In this document: positions 1 to 8,402 of the stretch, one piece after another | Position numbering within the stretch: the stretch's first letter is position 1 | Layout: each line of letters opens with the position of its first letter | From: Candidatus Eiseniibacteriota bacterium | GTDB lineage: Bacteria > Eisenbacteria > RBG-16-71-46 | Length of the DNA stretch: 64,000 bases | Direction: 5' to 3' | NCBI GenBank assembly: GCA_963707915.1 | Contig: OY970178.1 | Coordinates: forward strand, 32,001 to 96,000 | Position numbers and translations under genes: made by a program | The notes under the pieces: generated by a model | Told to the model about the DNA's origin: nothing | The model's database searches: none | What the model saw: the letters and a program-made list of their open reading frames with translations, nothing else

Positions 1-636
1 GCCGGGGACGTCCTGCCGCGCGCCGCGCTCGAGCGCACGTTCGAGCGCTACTGGGGGTTCTTCCGCGACCGCCGCGACGGGGTCGCGCCGTGGGAGGCCT
101 TCACGCCCTACGAGATGCGCACCATCGGCGCCTTCGCGCGCCTGGGCTGGCGCGAGCGGGCCGACAGCCTGCTCGCCTACTTCATGGCGTTCCGGCGCCC
201 GCCCGGCTGGCAGCAGTGGGCCGAGGTCGCCTGGCACGACGAGCGCACGCCGCACTTCATCGGCGACCTGCCCCACACCTGGGTGGGGTCGGACTTCGTG
301 CGCTCCGTGCTGGACCTGTTCGCCTTCGAGCGCGAGTCCGACAGCACGTTGGTGCTCGCCGCGGGGGTGCCGCTCGACTGGGTCATGCAGGAGGGCGGCG
401 TGGCGCTGCGCGGGCTCTCGACCTCCCTCGGGCCGCTGACCTGCACGCTGCGCGGACGCGGGCCGGGGATCGAGGTGCGCGTCGAGGCGGGACTGCAGGT
501 GCCGCCCGGTGGCATCGTGCTGCGCGCCCCGGGGAACTTCCGCCGGGCCGAGGTGAACGGCGTGGCCACCCCGGTCGGACCTGCGGGCGAGGTGGTGCTG
601 CGTCGGCTGCCGGCGACGGTGGTGCTCAGGCCCTGA
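1..636 (+). CDS. 5'-truncated C-terminal part of a probable (alpha/alpha)6 glycoside hydrolase of the 'coagulation factor 5/8 (discoidin) domain protein' type
   Basis: Frame 1 is open from base 1 (AGDVLPRAALERTFERYWGFFRDRRDG..WEAFTPYEMR). Motifs WQQWAEV..FIGDLPHTWVGSDF and LVLAAGVP are typical of this family. Confidence 0.7.
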   Translation, partial: AGDVLPRAALERTFERYWGFFRDRRDGVAPWEAFTPYEMRTIGAFARLGWRERADSLLAYFMAFRRPPGWQQWAEVAWHDERTPHFIGDLPHTWVGSDFVRSVLDLFAFERESDSTLVLAAGVPLDWVMQEGGVALRGLSTSLGPLTCTLRGRGPGIEVRVEAGLQVPPGGIVLRAPGNFRRAEVNGVATPVGPAGEVVLRRLPATVVLRP

Positions 637-714
637 GCGCCGCCCGGCGACTCTGGCCGGACCCTGCGGCGGCCCGATGCCCGGGCGGACCGGGGCCGGG
701 CCGCCCGGCCCGGA

Positions 715-3141
715 TCAGCGCCCGGCGGGCCCGGTCCGGGCCGGGCGCGGCAACCTCAGATCCACGGTGTGTTCGCGACCGTCGCCGAAGGCGGGGACGA
801 GGTCCGTGGGTTGGAGCTTCCCATCCACGCGCAACTCCCGGCGCTCCCCGTGGGTGCGGACCGTGATGCGGTAGACGCTGCCGCGGAAGGTGCGCTTCAT
901 GGTGAAGCCCTTCCAGCGCGGCGGCAGGCAGGGACGCACGAGCAGGCCTGCGTAGGTCGGCCGCACGCCCAGCAGCCACTCGGTGCTCACCCGGAACATC
1001 CACGCCGCGGAGCCGGTGTACCAGGTCCAGCCGCCGCGGCCGTAGTTGGGCGAGTCGGGGCCGTCCACGTTGCCGGGCGTGACGTAGGGCTCGACCTTGT
1101 AGAGGTCGGGCTTCATCCCGCGCAGGACGGGGCAGAACGAGCGGTAGAGCTTCCAGGCCGCCTCGCCGCGGCCGAGCAGGCACTCGGCCTGGAGGGCCCA
1201 CATCCCGGCGTGGGTGTAGAGGCCGCCGTTCTCGCGCGAGCCGGGGGCGTAGCGCGTGAGGTAGCCGATCTTCGCGTCGGGCTGGCGGTAGGCCGGCGCC
1301 AGCAGGAGCGGCCCGTAGTCGCGGTAGAGGTGGCGCTCCATGGCTCTCAGCATCCGCGGCAGGCGCTGCTTCGGCACCACGCCGCTCAGGATGGCCCAGG
1401 TCTGCGCGTTCAGGTAGATCCTGCCGTCGCGGCACTTCTTCGAGCCGATGACCTCGCCGCTGTCCTTGGTCGCCCGCACGTACCAGTCGCCGTCCCAGAA
1501 GTGCCGGTTGACCGCGGCGCCCATCTTCGCCGCCTCGCGCCGGTACTTCGCGATCATCCTCGCGTCGGGACGGGGGAGATGCTCCTCGAGCTCCGCCCAG
1601 TCCTCGAGGATGCCGACCAGGAAGTGGGCGAGCCAGACGCTCTCGGACTTGAGCTTCAGCCCGATGGCCGAGAGCCCGTCGTTCCAGTCGCCGGCGCCCA
1701 TCAGCGGCACGCCGCGCGGCGAGAGCCGGGTCCAGAACGTGTCGATGGCGCGCCGGCAGTGCTCGTAGAGCGTGCCCCGCTCGCGCGAGGGCCTGCCACC
1801 CGGGCCGAGGTAGAGGATGCGCTCGTCCAGCAGTCCGTAGTCCGCGGTCTCGCGCAGGTAGCGCAGCGTCACGAACGGCAGCCACAGCAGGTCGTCGTTG
1901 TACTTCTTCTTCGCGCCCTCTTCGGTGAGCGGGTGCCACCAGTGCCAGGTCGTGCCGTCCTGGAACTGGTGGGCGGCGCTCAGGCGGATCTGCTGCCGGG
2001 TCCGTCGCGGGTCGAGCGGCAGGAAGACCAGGCTGTCCTGGAGCTGGTCGCGGAATCCGTAGGCGCCGCCCGGCTGGAAGTAGCCGGTCCGGCCCCAGAG
2101 GCGGCTGGAAATGGTCTGGTACTTGAGCCAGACGTTGGTGAGCAGGTCGAAGGCCGGTTCCGGGGTCTTCACCTCGAGCGGGGCGAGGAGCGCCGCCCAG
2201 TGGCGCTCCATGCGCCGCCAGGCGGTCTCGACCGCGCGCGGCCGGTGGTACTTGCGGGCGAGGCGCAGGGCGGCCGCGCGGTCGTCGGCCAGGCCGAGGG
2301 TGAAGACGACCTCCTTCGTCTCGCCCGGCTGGATCGTCACCGCGACCTGCAGCGAGCCGATCGCGTCCAGGCAGTCGCCGGTGCTGTTCGAGAGGCGGGG
2401 CCGCCCGAGGGCCGCGGGGCTCCTGAGCGAGCCGTACTGGCCGACGAACCGTTCCTTGTCGCCCTCGTGCGCCACCGGCCTCGCGCTGGCGGCGTGGAAG
2501 GCCACGTGCGGCCACTCCGTGTTCCAGGGCTGGCCGCGGCCGTGTTCCGCGATGGTGCTCAGGCGCTTGGTGGCCACCAGCGCGTGGGCGGCGGGGACGT
2601 AGTCCGAGTCGATGAAGAGCTTGTGGAACTCGCGGTGGGTGTCGGGCGCCGGGCCCAGGTTCCACTCGAGGTAGGTGAACAGGTCGAGGTGCCGCGCCTG
2701 GCGCGAGCGGTTCGTGAGCCTCACGCGCCAGAGCTCGAGCGGCTCGCCCGGCGGCACGAAGATGGTGTATTCGCTCTCGACGCCCTGGTGGAGCGCGACG
2801 ATGGTGGTGTAGCCGATGCCGTGGCGGCACTCGAAGCGGTCGAACTTCGCCTTCACCGGCTGCCAGCCGAGCGACCAGTGCCGGCCCGAGTCCCGGTCCC
2901 GGCAGTAGATCCACTTGCCCCATTCGTCGCGGACCAGGTCCTGCTCCCAGCGAGTCAGGCGGTTGAACGTGGCGTGGGTCATCCACGAGTAGCCCGAGCC
3001 GGCCTGCGAGACGATGGTGCCGTACTCGCCCGGGCAGATGACGTTCACCCAGGGCCGCGGCGTGCCGGGGCGCGTGATGACGTACTCGCTCCCGTCGGCG
3101 CTGAAGTGCCCGTATCGGGTCTGGAACCGTTTCGGCATCAC
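715..3141 (-). CDS. GH94 glycoside phosphorylase (NdvB/cyclic beta-1,2-glucan synthase C-terminal-like), 808 aa
   Basis: TPRPWVNVI N-terminus, YFQPGGAYGFRDQLQD, catalytic GDWNDG, RENGGLYTHA, WTWYTGSAAW. Confidence 0.9.
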   Translation of the reverse strand: MMPKRFQTRYGHFSADGSEYVITRPGTPRPWVNVICPGEYGTIVSQAGSGYSWMTHATFNRLTRWEQDLVRDEWGKWIYCRDRDSGRHWSLGWQPVKAKFDRFECRHGIGYTTIVALHQGVESEYTIFVPPGEPLELWRVRLTNRSRQARHLDLFTYLEWNLGPAPDTHREFHKLFIDSDYVPAAHALVATKRLSTIAEHGRGQPWNTEWPHVAFHAASARPVAHEGDKERFVGQYGSLRSPAALGRPRLSNSTGDCLDAIGSLQVAVTIQPGETKEVVFTLGLADDRAAALRLARKYHRPRAVETAWRRMERHWAALLAPLEVKTPEPAFDLLTNVWLKYQTISSRLWGRTGYFQPGGAYGFRDQLQDSLVFLPLDPRRTRQQIRLSAAHQFQDGTTWHWWHPLTEEGAKKKYNDDLLWLPFVTLRYLRETADYGLLDERILYLGPGGRPSRERGTLYEHCRRAIDTFWTRLSPRGVPLMGAGDWNDGLSAIGLKLKSESVWLAHFLVGILEDWAELEEHLPRPDARMIAKYRREAAKMGAAVNRHFWDGDWYVRATKDSGEVIGSKKCRDGRIYLNAQTWAILSGVVPKQRLPRMLRAMERHLYRDYGPLLLAPAYRQPDAKIGYLTRYAPGSRENGGLYTHAGMWALQAECLLGRGEAAWKLYRSFCPVLRGMKPDLYKVEPYVTPGNVDGPDSPNYGRGGWTWYTGSAAWMFRVSTEWLLGVRPTYAGLLVRPCLPPRWKGFTMKRTFRGSVYRITVRTHGERRELRVDGKLQPTDLVPAFGDGREHTVDLRLPRPARTGPAGR

Positions 3142-3212
3142 GTCCGCTCCAAGGTGGCTGCGGGGAAGGCCGCGGGAGCGCCCGCGGCGAGGGCGTCAGA
3201 ATGTCGAACGTA

Positions 3213-3246
3213 CCGAAGCCCGCGTGCCTGCGCACGCGGGCTTCGG
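3213..3246 (-). terminator. Probable intrinsic terminator or stabilising hairpin downstream of the 3285..4121 gene
   Basis: Perfect 15-bp stem CCGAAGCCCGCGTGC/GCACGCGGGCTTCGG with 4-nt loop; second hairpin at 3252-3280; weak U-tract. Confidence 0.6.
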
Positions 3247-3284
3247 GTCCACGGAAGACGATCCGAGGGATGTTCTTCCGGTGT

Positions 3285-4121
3285 CTACCGGTAGATGCTC
3301 TTCACCTGGCCCCAGGTCGAGCGGGTCGCCGGCGTGGCCGACGGGCCCTCGAAGTTGAGGTTCTTCCACTGCGCCGTGAAGTTGAACAGGGCGCCGCCGC
3401 TGCCGTTCGGCGCCTGGAGGAAGCCGCCGGCCTGCGCGGGGTAGAGCGCGCCGTACTCGCCGTGGCCCTCGGCCGGGGTCCCCTGGTCGAAGGGCAGGTA
3501 GGGGCTGTAGTAGGAGTTGCCCTGGTAGTAGATCTTGTACAGGATCGTGGCCGGGGCGGCGATGGTCAGGTCGTTCGGTGTGTAGACGATCTCCATCCAG
3601 ATGTCCGTGCCGGGGGTGTAGGTCACGCCCCAGCCCGCGGTGAAGCTGTAGAACGGCAGCCGCCCGCCGAAGCAGGCGATCTCGCCGTTGCCGCCGATGC
3701 GCACCATGAACCTGCCGTCGGCCTGCAGCGACCACCAGGGGGAGAGCCGGAGCCCGCCCTCGCCGACGCCGGCGCCGGAGTAGCTGCCGTTGAAGACGCC
3801 CGAGAACTTGTAGTGGCTGCAGTTCTCGAACACGGCCGGCGTGATGCCGTCCTCCGAGAAGGACCAGACGTGCAGGTTGGTCCAGCCCACGCAGCCTTCG
3901 TCCGTGTCGTTGATCGAGACCAGGGACGGGTAGTTATTGACGAGCGTGAGGGCGGAGGCGGGGCAATTGTCCCAGACGCGCGGCGTGATGACAACGCTGT
4001 TCGGGATGGGCGTGTTGCCCGGGCAGGTGAGACCGTTCTGAGCCACCGCGAGGCTGCTCGCGACCAGGCCCAGTGCCACCACTGCGGCGAACGCCAGACT
4101 GGAGTAGCTGTTCCGCTTCAT
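3285..4121 (-). CDS. Secreted hypothetical protein with C-terminal TWGxxKxxYR motif
   Basis: GGAGG RBS, Sec signal peptide (MKRNSYSSLAFAAVVALGLVASSLAVAQ), six Cys, beta-rich body, ends ATPATRSTWGQVKSIYR; strong GC3 codon bias. Confidence 0.85.
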   Translation of the reverse strand: MKRNSYSSLAFAAVVALGLVASSLAVAQNGLTCPGNTPIPNSVVITPRVWDNCPASALTLVNNYPSLVSINDTDEGCVGWTNLHVWSFSEDGITPAVFENCSHYKFSGVFNGSYSGAGVGEGGLRLSPWWSLQADGRFMVRIGGNGEIACFGGRLPFYSFTAGWGVTYTPGTDIWMEIVYTPNDLTIAAPATILYKIYYQGNSYYSPYLPFDQGTPAEGHGEYGALYPAQAGGFLQAPNGSGGALFNFTAQWKNLNFEGPSATPATRSTWGQVKSIYR

Positions 4122-4202
4122 GAGTTTGGTTCCTCCGTGCTGCGGGTGCGGGTACGGGGTGTGCGGATGCGAAACGTGATGAGGGCCTGCTGCCTCGTCG
4201 AA

Positions 4203-4349
4203 GCATGACAGCCTGCGTGCCCGAGCGGAAGGAGCCCCCGTGCGTTCGCACGCGATCTCACCGAACGAGCGCTACCCTGATGCGCGAATTGTAGCGCTTG
4301 TTCAGTGACGGCACACCCGGTCTTCCGTCGGGCTGAGCAGCTGTCTTGC
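4203..4349. ncRNA. Candidate structured RNA (long imperfect rod-like hairpin); probably the 5' leader of the minus-strand transcript or a stand-alone sRNA
   Basis: Nested complementary blocks: 4203-4212/4340-4349, 4219-4224/4328-4333, 4226-4232/4321-4327, 4240-4243/4311-4314, 4258-4275/4291-4308; 15-nt apical loop. Confidence 0.5.
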
Positions 4350-4354
4350 CTGTA

Positions 4355-4368
4355 TGTAAACGTTTACA
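4355..4368. promoter_or_regulatory. LacI/GalR-family operator
   Basis: Perfect 14-bp palindrome TGTAAACGTTTACA matching TGNAANCGNTTNCA, in an AT-rich patch between divergent glycoside genes. Confidence 0.8.
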
Positions 4369-4389
4369 CACCTGTTCTATCCATGTCAA
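4361..4389 (-). promoter_or_regulatory. sigma70-type promoter overlapped by the LacI operator
   Basis: Minus strand TTGACA-17 bp-TAAACG, with TGTG extended -10. Confidence 0.6.
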
Positions 4390-4560
4390 CGACATTCTCG
4401 CCGCCTCGCCGCCACCCGGCTGCACGGGTGGCCGGCGCCACCTCCCTCGCGGGTGCGGTCTCGACCGCTCGCGCTCGCGAAGCGGCCAGGGCCGTGGCCC
4501 GGTCCGGAACTCTAACCCGTTGGCTGCCAATGAACAGCCGCCGGACCATGGGGGGAGCGC

Positions 4561-4589
4561 TTGGGCCGCCGGTCCGGGCGATGTAGTCT
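4561..4589 (+). promoter_or_regulatory. Possible sigma70 promoter for the GH35 gene
   Basis: TTGGGC-17 bp-TAGTCT. Confidence 0.35.
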
Positions 4590-4706
4590 GCCGGGTCCAC
4601 GGACCCGGACCGGTCCAACGCCGGGGGGCGAAGGGGGAGGTCCGGGCCCGGCCAGGGACCGGCCCTGGCCCGTCTCGGGCCCGGCTGCGGAAGGGAGTCC
4701 ATCGTC

Positions 4707-7076
4707 GTGATCGAGCTCGCGCACGGCCAGTTCCTGGTGGATGGCAAGCCGCTCTTCATCTACTCGGGCGAGATCCACTACTTCCGGCTCCGGCCGCAGG
4801 AGTGGCCCGTCCACCTGCGCGCCGCCCGGAGCGCGGGACTCAACACGGTGAGCTCCTACATCCCGTGGATCTGGCACGAGGCGCAGGAGGGGAGCTTCGA
4901 TTTCGCCGGGCGGACCCATCCGCAGCGCGACCTGGTCCGCTACCTCGACCTGGTCGCCGCGCACGGCCTGCGCTTCATCGCGCGCGTGGGGCCGGTCTCG
5001 AACGCCGAGCTGGTCAACGAGGGCGTGCCGACCTGGCTCATCCGCGAGCACCCCGAGGTCTTCGTGCGCGGGCGCGAGATCACGAACCTGCCCCACACCA
5101 CCCTGCTCGCCTACCACGAGCCGGTCTTCCAGCGGCACGTCGGGCGCTGGTACGACGCCGTGCTGCCGGTCGTGGCCCGCCGCGCGCATCCCGGCGGACC
5201 CGTCGTCCTGGTCCAGCTCGACAACGAGATCGGCATGGTGCACTGGCTGCAGAAGGCGGCCGACTACGGGCCCGGCACCGAGCGCATGTACCGGGCGTTC
5301 CTGCGCGAGCGCCACGGGGACGACCTCGCCCAGCTCAATGCCGCCCACGGCAGCGCCTGGAGCACCTTCGACGAGATCGTGCAGCCCGCCTCGGGGGACG
5401 ACCGGCAGGACCCGCGGCTGCTGCGGGACTGGATGGCGTTCTACCAGAGCTACTACGCCGACTACTTCGGGACCCTGCATGCGCGCTACGCGGCGCACGG
5501 GCTCACCCTGCCGGTGATGGCGAACATCCCCCAGTTCTACGACTTCGACGTGCGGGGCCGCGGCGTGTTCGCCCCCATGACCTCGATGATGTTCCGCGAC
5601 TTCCCCGCGCGCGTGCCGGGCGTGATGTTCGGCGGCGCCTACCAGATGCGCCGCCTCGACCACGAGAACTTCCACGACATCGCCATCACCACCGAGGTGC
5701 TGCGCATGATCGGCGGCCCGGACGTGCCGGCGATGTGCGCCGAGCTGCAGAGCGGCATCATGCGCGACCGCCCGCGACTCTACGCGCAGGACGTGGAGCT
5801 CAACCTCAAGACCTCGACCGCCCACGGGCTGAACGCGCTGAACGCCTACATGTTCTCGGGCGGGCGCAACGAGGAGGGCATGGGCGCCTTCGGCGCCTAC
5901 CACGAGTGGCAGGCCGCGGTCACGCCCGCGGGCCGGAAGCGCACGCACTACGCGGCCCTGCGCGACTTCGGACGCCAGGTGCGCGCCTTCGGGCCGCTGC
6001 TCGCCGCGACGCGCAAGCGCGCGGACGTGACGCTGGGCTTCTACGCCCCGTACTGGACGACGGAGTACCTCACCGGTCCCGCCATCGAGACGTGGGAGTG
6101 GAAGAAGCAGCAGTTGTTCTACGACGGCCTGGCCCGGCTGCTCCAGCTCGCGCACCTGAACACCTCGTTCCTCGACCTCGAGAAGGCGACGCTCGACCAG
6201 TTGAAGCTCCTCCCCGCGCTGGTCGTGTTCACGCTCGACTCGATGGACGCCGGGACCCAGCAGAAGCTGGTCGAGTACGTGCGCGCCGGCGGCCGGCTCC
6301 TGCTGAACCCCGAACTGCCCCTGCGGGGCGCGGGCCGCGAGGCCTGCACGATCCTGGCGGACTTCCTCGGGGTGAAGGCGGGCGGCACGCTCGCCGGGAA
6401 CGTCCGCTACCGCGTGGACGGCCGCGAGATGCTGGCGCAGGGCGAGGTCACGTGGTTCGCGGCGCGGGAAGCGGAGGTCGTCGCCGAGACGCTGGACGGG
6501 AAGCCCTGCGGGCTCGACTTCCGCCGGGGAGCGGGACAGGTGCTCCTGCTCGGCTTCGGGCTCAACCACATGTTCGACTACCAGGTCGGGCTGGTGCGCG
6601 AATTCGCGGCGCGGCTCGGAGTCCGTCCCTGGATCGAGACCGATCCGGACCTGCAGGTCTGCCTGCGCGAGAACGACCGGTACGGCTTCCTGTTCGTCGC
6701 CAACTTCCACGACGAGCCGCATTCCGGCCGCGTCCGCATGGTGCTCCCGGGCGAGCGGCGCGTGACCGTCTTCCCGGCGCGCGGCCGCATGGTGCTCGGG
6801 AACCGCCGCAGCTACGTGCTGCCGCTCAACCTGCCGCTGCCGGGAGGGGACGTCCTGCGCTACTCGACGGCGGAGGTGCTCGACGTGCGGGCCCGGGGCG
6901 GCGGGCAGCACATGGTCGTGACCGGCGCGCCGGGCGCCGGGGCCGAGGTGGAATGGGTGACCGCCGCGACCCGCGTCACGCTCGACGACCGCCGGGTCGG
7001 GGCCCGGCGCAGCGGGCGCCGGCTGCGCGCGCGGTTCACCACCAGCGGGAAGCCGCAGACGCTGCGCGTGCACTGA
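4707..7076 (+). CDS. GH35 family enzyme, GlmA-like architecture (GH35 barrel + GH42-type trimerisation domain), 789 aa
   Basis: SGEIHYFR, GLNTVSSYIPWIWHE..EGSFDF.G.THPQRDL, acid/base QLDNE, nucleophile CAELQSG; no signal peptide. Confidence 0.88.
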   Translation: MIELAHGQFLVDGKPLFIYSGEIHYFRLRPQEWPVHLRAARSAGLNTVSSYIPWIWHEAQEGSFDFAGRTHPQRDLVRYLDLVAAHGLRFIARVGPVSNAELVNEGVPTWLIREHPEVFVRGREITNLPHTTLLAYHEPVFQRHVGRWYDAVLPVVARRAHPGGPVVLVQLDNEIGMVHWLQKAADYGPGTERMYRAFLRERHGDDLAQLNAAHGSAWSTFDEIVQPASGDDRQDPRLLRDWMAFYQSYYADYFGTLHARYAAHGLTLPVMANIPQFYDFDVRGRGVFAPMTSMMFRDFPARVPGVMFGGAYQMRRLDHENFHDIAITTEVLRMIGGPDVPAMCAELQSGIMRDRPRLYAQDVELNLKTSTAHGLNALNAYMFSGGRNEEGMGAFGAYHEWQAAVTPAGRKRTHYAALRDFGRQVRAFGPLLAATRKRADVTLGFYAPYWTTEYLTGPAIETWEWKKQQLFYDGLARLLQLAHLNTSFLDLEKATLDQLKLLPALVVFTLDSMDAGTQQKLVEYVRAGGRLLLNPELPLRGAGREACTILADFLGVKAGGTLAGNVRYRVDGREMLAQGEVTWFAAREAEVVAETLDGKPCGLDFRRGAGQVLLLGFGLNHMFDYQVGLVREFAARLGVRPWIETDPDLQVCLRENDRYGFLFVANFHDEPHSGRVRMVLPGERRVTVFPARGRMVLGNRRSYVLPLNLPLPGGDVLRYSTAEVLDVRARGGGQHMVVTGAPGAGAEVEWVTAATRVTLDDRRVGARRSGRRLRARFTTSGKPQTLRVH

Positions 7077-7121
7077 CCCCGGGAACGCCCGTCCCGGCGC
7101 GTCCGCGCGGCCGGGACGCCA

Positions 7122-7670
7122 CTACGAGGCCGCGCTGCTGTGGTCGTGGACGACGCGCCAGCCGGCGTCGGGGAACCAGCGCAGCCACAGCGTGAACAGC
7201 CCGCGCGGTTCGCCGTCCCGGGTCTTCAGGCTCCAGCCGCCGCGCACCAGCGCCTGGCCGCGCGCGGGGACCGTCACGTCGTGCAGGTCGAAGGCCAGCG
7301 TCCCCATCTCGCGCCCCTCGGACTGGTAGCGCCTGCGGTATCGTTCGAGCGTCGTCTGCCAGCCGTGGGTGACGCTTCCGCCGGAGTAGAAGGTGAGCGA
7401 ATCCGACTTCCAGTAGCCCTGCATGAAGCCCTCGAGGTCGCCGCGGTTCCAGGCGGCCACCTGGGCATCGAGCAGGCGTCGCACGGCCCCGGCGTCCTGG
7501 TCCTCGGGGACCACGCAGACCGTGGGCGCGAACGCGGACGGGACCGGCGAAACGAGGGCCCGCACGAGCGAGTCGCCCGCGGTGGCGTCCGAGGCGGCGG
7601 CCCCCGCCGGCCGGGCCGGCAGCAGCGCGAAGGCGATGAGGACGAGCGGCAGGCGGAACGGTCGGGACAT
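7122..7670 (-). CDS. Secreted NTF2/SnoaL-like (DUF4440/YybH) protein
   Basis: Start reset to ATG 7670 after GGAGGAG; signal peptide; QVAAWNRGDLEGFMQGYWKS..GWRVVHDHSS. Confidence 0.85.
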   Translation of the reverse strand: MSRPFRLPLVLIAFALLPARPAGAAASDATAGDSLVRALVSPVPSAFAPTVCVVPEDQDAGAVRRLLDAQVAAWNRGDLEGFMQGYWKSDSLTFYSGGSVTHGWQTTLERYRRRYQSEGREMGTLAFDLHDVTVPARGQALVRGGWSLKTRDGEPRGLFTLWLRWFPDAGWRVVHDHSSAAS

Positions 7671-7897
7671 CGTCGGTCTCCTCCGGGTTCGGGTCAGGCG
7701 GGCCCCCAACCCTGCACCCGGCGGCCACCGCCAGGCAAGCCTGCGAAGCGCGGCCCGGGCTCGGCCGACGGCGAGGCGGCATGGGCGGGCGTCCCGCGAC
7801 GCGCGCACCGGCGGCCGCGCCCGGAGGCGGGACCTTGACTCGCGCGGGAACGGCGGGTTCTCATCCGTCCCGGCACCGACTCATGGAGGAACCCGGG

Positions 7898-8335
7898 ATG
7901 ACCGTTCGAACGCAGGATCTCAAGAACCACGTCCGCTTCGTGCCCCTGTACCACTTCGTGCTGTCGTTCCTGCTGCTCGTGAACCTCGGCTACTGGGTGC
8001 GCGCGTGCCTGCGGGGGCTCACCGGCCAGGGGCTGACGGGGCTGGGCACCGCCCTGGCGCTCCTGCTGCTGTTCTTCTTCGCCCGCCAGTTCGCGGTCAC
8101 CGTGCAGGATCGCGTCATCCGCCTCGAGATGCGCCTGCGCATGGAACGGCTGCTCCCCGCCGACCTGGTGAGCCGTTTCGCGGAGTTCGAGCCGCATCAG
8201 CTCGTGGCGCTGCGTTTCGCCGGTGACGCGGAGCTGCCCGTCCTGGCGCGACGGGTGCTCGCGGGCGAGCTGCGGACGAGTTCGCAGATCAAGCGGCAGG
8301 TCAAGGACTGGCAGGCCGACTGGCTGAGGGCCTGA
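7898..8335 (+). CDS. DUF6526-like membrane protein
   Basis: GGAGG RBS; QDLKNHVRFVPLYH, 2 TM segments, QDRVIRLEMRLR, QLVALRFA.D.EL, WQADWLR. Confidence 0.8.
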   Translation: MTVRTQDLKNHVRFVPLYHFVLSFLLLVNLGYWVRACLRGLTGQGLTGLGTALALLLLFFFARQFAVTVQDRVIRLEMRLRMERLLPADLVSRFAEFEPHQLVALRFAGDAELPVLARRVLAGELRTSSQIKRQVKDWQADWLRA

Positions 8336-8402
8336 GGTCCGCCCGGCCGGCCACCGCCCACCTCCGGGCCGTCCGCCCGGCGACCCCCACGAAAGGTCCG
8401 AC

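Noticed and set aside
4221..4240. CGGAAGGAG as possible SRP RNA helix 8
   Set aside because: Lacks the CAGG..GNRA..AGCAG symmetric loop context
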